Positions 33,993 through 39,747 of a stretch of DNA of 39,747 nt are shown here, one piece after another (position 1 is the first letter of the stretch; each line of letters begins with the position of its first letter). The stretch spans positions 1-39,747 of IMG/VR virus record IMGVR_UViG_3300005058_000160. One strand, 5' to 3'. The DNA is from a virus (Duplodnaviria > Caudoviricetes). Made by a program: the position numbers and the translations under genes. The notes beneath the pieces were generated by a model. That model was not told the DNA's origin. It did not search any database and was given only the letters and a program-made list of their open reading frames with translations.

Positions 33993-35009
33993 TCAGACGA
34001 TTTCGATGTTTTCGGCGACGGCCATCATGCCGTGGTCTTCGACAACGAAGTCGTCGTTCGAGGACTGGAAGTCTTCGACCTGGTTGCGTGCCGGGTTGTC
34101 GCGGATGATGCGGCGTCGCGAACCTTCCTGGATGTAGATGGAAAGGTTCTTGAGGGCCGTGACGACAATCTTTCCGGACGGGAAGTGCGGGACGGTGACG
34201 GCAGGCTTTCCGCCGACACGCTTCTGGCTCAGGATCACGTCGCCAGCGATCTTCTCGCTGTTGTCTTGCGCTTTGTTGATAAGCGGGAAGTACTTATCGG
34301 CCAGCATGTCGTCGCTCATGATGACGACGAGATCTGGATCCTTGCGGTGCCACGGGTCAATCAGGTTGTTGACCATGTCCATGACAAGGGCGTCGAGATT
34401 CTTGAAGCCCTGGGCAAGCGTTCGGTCGTCGCCGATCTGGATCTTGCCGGTTGCGCCGATCTGGGTCATTACGCGCGCCGCGGCATTGTCCTTTTGCTTC
34501 TGGATCCAGCCTTTGGCAACGTCCTGCAGCAGCGGGTTGGTGCCTCGGTTGGAAGTGGCGGCTCGCGACGTGCCGTTCCAGCCGATCATGATACGGTCGA
34601 GTGCCTGGCGCTGCAGGATAGCGGCGGCATAGCGCTTGACGAAGTCGGGGAACTTGGCCCACTGGTCGATTTTGGACCACTTGAGCGCGACGTCGAAGTC
34701 GATTTCCTGGCAGAAGTAGCCGAAGTTGTCGAGGCTGGTCGGGTCGAACGGGACGCGGTCGGTGGTGTTGGTGTTGGTGGTGCTGGCGATGGTGCCGGTA
34801 ACGCCCAGGCCGATCTTTTCGCCGGCCAGTTCGGTAACCAGCGGCATGTTGATCTGGCTCAGGAATGACGACGATTCCTGGATCTTCGTCTCCAGCGTCT
34901 GCTGCAGGCTCGGGGTTGCGGTGAAGGATTCGCTGACGTCGCGGACGCCGTAGAGCTCGGCGAGGTCATCCTTCATTACATTGAAGAGCTCGCGGGTTTC
35001 GTTTTTCAT
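33993..35009 (-). CDS. N: Major capsid protein, P2 family
   Basis: MKNETR, QTLETKIQESSSFL, ALDRIMIGWNG, NPLLQDV.KGW. Confidence 0.96.
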   Translation of the reverse strand: MKNETRELFNVMKDDLAELYGVRDVSESFTATPSLQQTLETKIQESSSFLSQINMPLVTELAGEKIGLGVTGTIASTTNTNTTDRVPFDPTSLDNFGYFCQEIDFDVALKWSKIDQWAKFPDFVKRYAAAILQRQALDRIMIGWNGTSRAATSNRGTNPLLQDVAKGWIQKQKDNAAARVMTQIGATGKIQIGDDRTLAQGFKNLDALVMDMVNNLIDPWHRKDPDLVVIMSDDMLADKYFPLINKAQDNSEKIAGDVILSQKRVGGKPAVTVPHFPSGKIVVTALKNLSIYIQEGSRRRIIRDNPARNQVEDFQSSNDDFVVEDHGMMAVAENIEIV

Positions 35010-35049
35010 AAAAATCTCCTGTTTCGATGGCGATGTGGTTGGCTGCTGA

Positions 35050-35850
35050 TCAGCAGTCCGGCTTGATGCGGCCGCTGACGCCGGTGGCTGGCGGGCGGCC
35101 CTTGTCGTCGCCGTCGGTGTTGCCGAGCTTTTGCTTAAGCACGGCGAATTCGGCGCTGATCTTGTCCAGGACTTCCTTGGCAGCGTTGGCGCCGGCGACC
35201 TGGTCAGCCAGCTGCTGTTCGATGCTGGCGAAGTTTTCGAGCAGGCCCTTCTGGCTCAGAGCGATGGCTTCGATGGCCTTGCCCTGGTCGGCAAAGCGGG
35301 CGTCGGCGTCCTTCTTGCCGAGGCCGAGCAGCTCCTTGACCTTGGCGAAGAGGCTGGCACCGGTGTCGGGCTTATCTTCGTAAAATTCGATGGCGACTTC
35401 CTGATCGAAGGCGTAGCGGTCGCCGCTGGCGCCGGCGATGCTGAACTTCATGGATTCGGTGCCGAGCGAGGCCGGCTTGTCGGTGAACGCGAGGCCGCTG
35501 AGGTAGGCCATGCCCTTGTTGCAGAAGTTGGCGATGACTTCCATGGAGGCGAAGGCCTTCTTGCCCTTCTTCTGCAGGGCGACCAGCTCGGGGTTGGCGT
35601 CGACGACGGCGAGGAGCTGCAGCTTCTTCTCGCCCATGATGTCGGTTTCCTGGGTGGAGAGTGATACGACCTGGCCGTAGGCGCCGAAGACGGAGTCGGG
35701 CAGCGAGGAGAGGTAGTGCTCGAGGTTGGCGACGGCGGTGTAGACCTTGGGGCTGTAGGTCTTGGCCATCTGCTCGATCCATTCGCGGCTGATGTTGCGT
35801 CCGTCGATGGTCGGGCCTTCGGTGGCGATGACGAAAGGCTTGGATTGCAT
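35050..35850 (-). CDS. O: Capsid scaffolding protein gpO
   Basis: IATEG.TIDGR.I.REWI.QMA..Y, NLEH, AYL.GLA.TD.PASLGTE, C-terminal DC. Confidence 0.94.
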   Translation of the reverse strand: MQSKPFVIATEGPTIDGRNISREWIEQMAKTYSPKVYTAVANLEHYLSSLPDSVFGAYGQVVSLSTQETDIMGEKKLQLLAVVDANPELVALQKKGKKAFASMEVIANFCNKGMAYLSGLAFTDKPASLGTESMKFSIAGASGDRYAFDQEVAIEFYEDKPDTGASLFAKVKELLGLGKKDADARFADQGKAIEAIALSQKGLLENFASIEQQLADQVAGANAAKEVLDKISAEFAVLKQKLGNTDGDDKGRPPATGVSGRIKPDC

Positions 35851-35896
35851 GGGTTCGGCTCCGGTGTGATCGCGGGTTGATCAGATTGACCGGGCC

Positions 35897-35995
35897 AGTT
35901 TCGGGGAGCCTTTGCACAGGGGCAAAGGCTTGCGGGCGTAGGGCTTTTTCTTACATTCAGCGGGCGGCTGCAGGGGTCTCGCGCGCGGGTAGCCT
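35897..35995. promoter_or_regulatory. Divergent late promoters O and P sharing one activator site
   Basis: Site CGTAGG-GCTTTTT-CTTACA (35937-35955). -10-like TAGCCT (+, 35990-35995) and GAAACT (-, 35902-35897), each 47 nt from its GTA(A/G)G half-site. Confidence 0.7.
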
Positions 35996-36003
35996 CGGCT
36001 CCC

Positions 36004-37791
36004 ATGAATGCACCGCTGCCCACTTCATCCATTGCGCCGGAGATCGATCCGCGCCGCCGTGCCCGTGACCTTTACTGGCAGGGCTGGCGGGTTATCCGCA
36101 TTGCTGAGCATCTGGGGGAGCGGCCGTCGACGATCCACAGCTGGAAGCGTCGCGATGCCTGGGATGCATTCGACCCGGTCGAGCGCGTCGAGTCAAGCAT
36201 CGAGGCTCGGCTGCAGATGCTGGTGGCGAAGACGGACAAGGAGGGGAAAGACTTCAAGGAGATCGACCTCCTCGGCCGCCAGATGGAGCGCCTGGCGCGG
36301 GTGAAGAAGTACAGCCGCGACGGCAACGAGGCGGACCTGAATCCGAAGGTGGAGAACCGCAACGCGAAGACGCGGGCAGGGACGCGCAAGCATCCGGCGC
36401 GCAATGCGATCAGCGAGGAGCAGCAGGAGAAGCTGGTCGATGCCTTCATGGAGTCGCTGTTCCCGTACCAGAAGCACTGGTACCGGGCCGGCCTGCAGGA
36501 GCGGATTCGCAATCTGCTGAAGTCGCGCCAGATCGGGGCGACGTGGTATTTCGCCCGGGAAGGCCTGGTGGATGCGCTGGAGACGGGGCGGAATCAGATT
36601 TTCCTGAGCGCATCGAAGGCGCAGGCGCATGTCTTCAAGGGCTATATCAAGCAGTTCGCGGCGGACGTTGCCGATGTGGAGCTGCAGGGCGATCCGATCG
36701 TGTTGCCGAACGGTGCGACGCTGTATTTCCTGGGGACGAATTCGCGGACGGCCCAGTCGTACCACGGCAATGTGTACATGGATGAGTACTTCTGGATTCC
36801 GAAGTTCCAGGAGTTCCGGAAGGTGGCCTCGGGCATGGCGATGCACAAGCATTGGCGGCTGACCTACTTCTCGACGCCGTCTGCGGTGTCGCATGAGGCG
36901 TATCCGTTCTGGACGGGCGACCTGTTCAACAAGGGCCGCGCGGCAGCGGAGAAGATCAAGCTGGACGTTACCCATGCGGCGCTGAAGGATGGCCGCCGGT
37001 GCGAGGACGGCCAGTGGCGCCAGATGGTGACGGTGCTGGATGCGCTGGCCGGCGGCTGCAGCTTGTTTGATATCGAGCAGCTGCGCCAGGAGTACTCACC
37101 GGAGGAGTTCCTGAATCTGCTGATGTGCGAGTTCATCGACGACGGCCAGAGCGTCTTCCCGCTGGCGGCGATGCAGCGCTGCATGGTGGATTCCTGGACG
37201 GTGTGGGAGGACTTCAAGCCGTTCGCGCCCCGGCCGATGGGTTGGCGCGAGGTGTGGGTTGGCTATGACCCATCGCATACCGGCGACAGCGCGGCGATGG
37301 TGGTGGTCTGCCCACCTGCGGCGCCGGGCGGAAAGTTCCGGGTGCTGGATCGCGTGCAGTTCAAGGGCATGGACTTCGAGGAGCAGGCGGCGCGGATCAA
37401 GAAGGTGTGCGACTGCTACAACGTGACGTACATCGGCATCGATGTGACGGGCATCGGCCAGGGGGTCTTCCAGCTGGTGAAGCAGTTCTTCCCGGCGGCG
37501 ACGGGCTTCCAGTATTCGCCGGACGTAAAGGTCCGCCTGGTGCTGAAGGCGATGGATGTGATCAACAAGGGCCGGCTTGAGTTCGACGCCGGCTGGAATG
37601 ATCTGGCGGCCAGCTTCATGGCGATCAAGAAGACGACGACGCAGAGCGGCCGGCAGATCACTTTCGAGGCCGGGCGCAGCGCGGAGACGAGCCACGCGGA
37701 CTTGGCCTGGGCAACGATGCATGCGCTGAGTAATGAGCCGCTGGAAGGCCGGTCGGCGACCAATCAATCGAGTATGGAGATTTTCGGATGA
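36004..37791 (+). CDS. P: Terminase ATPase subunit gpP
   Basis: LYWQGW HTH, LKSRQIGAT.YFA.E, YMDEYFW, GYDP, HADLAWA. Confidence 0.96.
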   Translation: MNAPLPTSSIAPEIDPRRRARDLYWQGWRVIRIAEHLGERPSTIHSWKRRDAWDAFDPVERVESSIEARLQMLVAKTDKEGKDFKEIDLLGRQMERLARVKKYSRDGNEADLNPKVENRNAKTRAGTRKHPARNAISEEQQEKLVDAFMESLFPYQKHWYRAGLQERIRNLLKSRQIGATWYFAREGLVDALETGRNQIFLSASKAQAHVFKGYIKQFAADVADVELQGDPIVLPNGATLYFLGTNSRTAQSYHGNVYMDEYFWIPKFQEFRKVASGMAMHKHWRLTYFSTPSAVSHEAYPFWTGDLFNKGRAAAEKIKLDVTHAALKDGRRCEDGQWRQMVTVLDALAGGCSLFDIEQLRQEYSPEEFLNLLMCEFIDDGQSVFPLAAMQRCMVDSWTVWEDFKPFAPRPMGWREVWVGYDPSHTGDSAAMVVVCPPAAPGGKFRVLDRVQFKGMDFEEQAARIKKVCDCYNVTYIGIDVTGIGQGVFQLVKQFFPAATGFQYSPDVKVRLVLKAMDVINKGRLEFDAGWNDLAASFMAIKKTTTQSGRQITFEAGRSAETSHADLAWATMHALSNEPLEGRSATNQSSMEIFG

Positions 37792-38843
37792 GCAACGAGT
37801 TGATGGCGCCGGTTTTCCCGGCAGATGCGGCGGCCCCGGCCGGCAGGATGGAGGCCTTTGCTTTCGGCGATCCGGAGGCGGTGCTCGATCGCCGCGAGAT
37901 CCTCGACTATCTGGAGTGCCCGGACAACGGCAAGTGGTATGAGCCGCCGCTGTCGATGGATGGGCTGGCGAAGTCGAGCCGGTCGGCGGTGCATCATGCC
38001 TCGGCGATGTTCGTGAAGCGGAATATCCTGGTGAGCTGCTTCGAGCCGCATCCGATGCTGACGCGGACAGATTTCGCGGTCTTCGCCCACGAGTACCTGA
38101 TCTTCGGCAACGCCTATCTGGAGCGCCGAGACAACGTGCTGCGCGAGCCGATGAGGCTGCTGCCTGCCAAGGCGAAATTCACCCGGCGCGGGCTGGACAT
38201 GGACCGCTACTGGTTCGTGCCGAAGTACAACGAGGAGCACGAGTTCAAGAAGGGCAAGGTCTTCCACTTGATGGAGCCGGACGTGAACCAGGAAATCTAT
38301 GGCGTGCCGGAATACATCCCGGCGCTGCATTCGGCCTGGCTGAACGAGTCGGCGACGTTGTTCCGGCGCAAGTACTACAAGAACGGCAGCCACGCGGGCT
38401 TCATCCTGTACATGACCGACCCGGTCCAGAACCAGGCGGACGTGGACAACCTGCGCGAGGCGCTGAAGAGCAGCAAGGGACCGGGCAACTTCCGCAACCT
38501 GTTCGTCTACGCGCCCAGCGGCAAGAAGGACGGCATCCAGCTGATCCCGGTGTCAGAGGTGGCGGCAAAGGATGAGTTCATGAACATCAAGAACGTCACC
38601 CGCGACGACCAGCTGGCCGCCCATCGCGTGCCGCCCCAGCTGATGGGGATCATCCCGACCAACACCAGCGGCTTCGGTGATGCCGAGAAGGCCGCGGCCG
38701 TCTTCAACGCCAACGAGATCGCGCCGCTGCAGGCGCGGATGCTGGAGGTGAATGACTGGCTGGGCGAAGAGGTCATCCGCTTCAAGCCCTACGCCCTGGC
38801 CGAAGCAGGCCAGACGGCGCCGGAGAAGATTCCGGCTCGGTAA
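37788..38843 (+). CDS. Q: Portal protein gpQ
   Basis: F.FGDPE.VLD, WYEPP, QEIYGVPEY, GPGNFRNLF, HRVPPQLMG. Confidence 0.96.
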   Translation: MSNELMAPVFPADAAAPAGRMEAFAFGDPEAVLDRREILDYLECPDNGKWYEPPLSMDGLAKSSRSAVHHASAMFVKRNILVSCFEPHPMLTRTDFAVFAHEYLIFGNAYLERRDNVLREPMRLLPAKAKFTRRGLDMDRYWFVPKYNEEHEFKKGKVFHLMEPDVNQEIYGVPEYIPALHSAWLNESATLFRRKYYKNGSHAGFILYMTDPVQNQADVDNLREALKSSKGPGNFRNLFVYAPSGKKDGIQLIPVSEVAAKDEFMNIKNVTRDDQLAAHRVPPQLMGIIPTNTSGFGDAEKAAAVFNANEIAPLQARMLEVNDWLGEEVIRFKPYALAEAGQTAPEKIPAR

Positions 38844-38979
38844 GAGAGACGGTGCGACCTGGTCGGATGCGCTAACACCCGGCCAGGCCACCTCCAGCAG
38901 AGCGCGCTGCTTTCAGCCAAGGCACCGTACCGTGCACACGGCGGGCCGAAGGCTACCACGATTGCAGAAAGTGTTACAC

Positions 38980-39747
38980 ATGATGAAAGCAAGCCCACTC
39001 GTTCCATGGATCGGCGGCAAGCGCCGGCTGGCAAAGCATCTGCTGCCGATGTTTCCGGACCATTCGTGCTACGTCGAACCATTCTGCGGCGCCGCGGCGC
39101 TGTACTTCATGAAGGATCCCGTCGAGGCGGAAGTGCTCAACGATATCAACGGCGACCTGGTGTCGCTGTATCGGGTGGTGAAGCACCACTTCGAGGAGTT
39201 CGTCCGGCAGTTCAAGTACTCGCTGAGCAGCCGGCAGATTTACGACTGGCTGAAGGCGACGCCGACCGAGCCGCTGACTGACATCCAGCGCGCGGCGCGC
39301 TTCTTCTACCTGCAGAAGCTGGGCTTCGGCGGCAAGGTGGATGGCCGGACGTTCGGCACCGCCACCTCGGCGCCGCCCAGGCTCAACTTGATGCGCCTGG
39401 AGGAGGACCTCTCCGCAGCCCATCTTCGGTTGCACCGGACGTACATCGAGCACCTGCCTTGGGAAGAGTGCATCCGCCGATATGACCGGCCGCACACGCT
39501 CTTCTACTGCGATCCGCCCTACTGGGGTACCGAAGGCTACGGCGTCGACTTCCCGCTCGATCAGTATGACCGGATGGCGGCGCTCGCCAGGTCGATCCAG
39601 GGGAAGATGATCGTCTCGGTCAACGACATCCCGGAAATGCGGACGGCCTTCGCCGGACTGACGATCAGCACCGTCGGCATCAATTACACCGTCGGCGGAT
39701 CAGGCCGAGGCGGCGAGCGCCAGGAGCTCATCATCCGCAACTTCTGA
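38980..39747 (+). CDS. DNA adenine methyltransferase (Dam/D12 class)
   Basis: WIGGKRRLA, YVEPFCG, LNDINGDL and FYCDPPY motifs; start at the MMKASP ATGs. Confidence 0.92.
   Translation: MMKASPLVPWIGGKRRLAKHLLPMFPDHSCYVEPFCGAAALYFMKDPVEAEVLNDINGDLVSLYRVVKHHFEEFVRQFKYSLSSRQIYDWLKATPTEPLTDIQRAARFFYLQKLGFGGKVDGRTFGTATSAPPRLNLMRLEEDLSAAHLRLHRTYIEHLPWEECIRRYDRPHTLFYCDPPYWGTEGYGVDFPLDQYDRMAALARSIQGKMIVSVNDIPEMRTAFAGLTISTVGINYTVGGSGRGGERQELIIRNF

Larger units (their letters stand above)
982..39747. mobile_element. P2-like prophage, phiCTX-type layout; right end lies beyond the window
   Basis: Integrase adjacent to the tRNA 3' end; near-complete P2 morphogenesis gene order (Q,P,O,N,M,L,X,lysis,R,S,V,W,J,I,fibre,FI,FII,E/E',T,U,D); ogr and repressor present. 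Confidence 0.95.

Noticed and set aside
38752..38979. N-terminal extension of Dam in the 331-aa track ORF
   Set aside because: It overlaps the portal gene and the structured intergenic element; family similarity begins at MMKASPLVPWIGGK.
1..39747. CRISPR array, IS element, attR or cos site
   Set aside because: No regularly spaced repeats or transposase were seen. By eye I found no second tRNA fragment or recognisable cos; these probably lie beyond the right edge.

Overview
The window starts in host sequence: the 5' part of tig (trigger factor) and a divergent tRNA-His(GTG). A betaproteobacterial host is likely but inferred. The rest is a nearly complete P2-like prophage with phiCTX-type organisation, apparently integrated at the tRNA 3' end. 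From left to right: tyrosine integrase; a long leftward early operon (excisionase-like gene, two DNA methyltransferases, HD hydrolase, primase-helicase, Ogr, CII-like and RHH genes); the cI switch; a three-gene lower-GC accessory cassette; the tail, baseplate, lysis and head genes; and a third methyltransferase at the window end. attR and cos are not visible. The main non-standard element is a six-gene, 3.6-kb insert between terminase M and head-completion L. It encodes a LamG-like tip on an Ala/Gly 20-residue repeat fibre, plus a fibre-type protein with a Sec signal peptide, and is followed by a fifth late promoter. Other notable elements are a Tat-exported, highly cationic two-cysteine peptide next to cI; an AGTGTTACAC motif shared by the switch, the cassette and the distant dam gene; a structured leader before dam; a C5 methyltransferase with five tandem TRD-like repeats; and an internal duplication in gpD. 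All family assignments come from motif recognition, not database searches.
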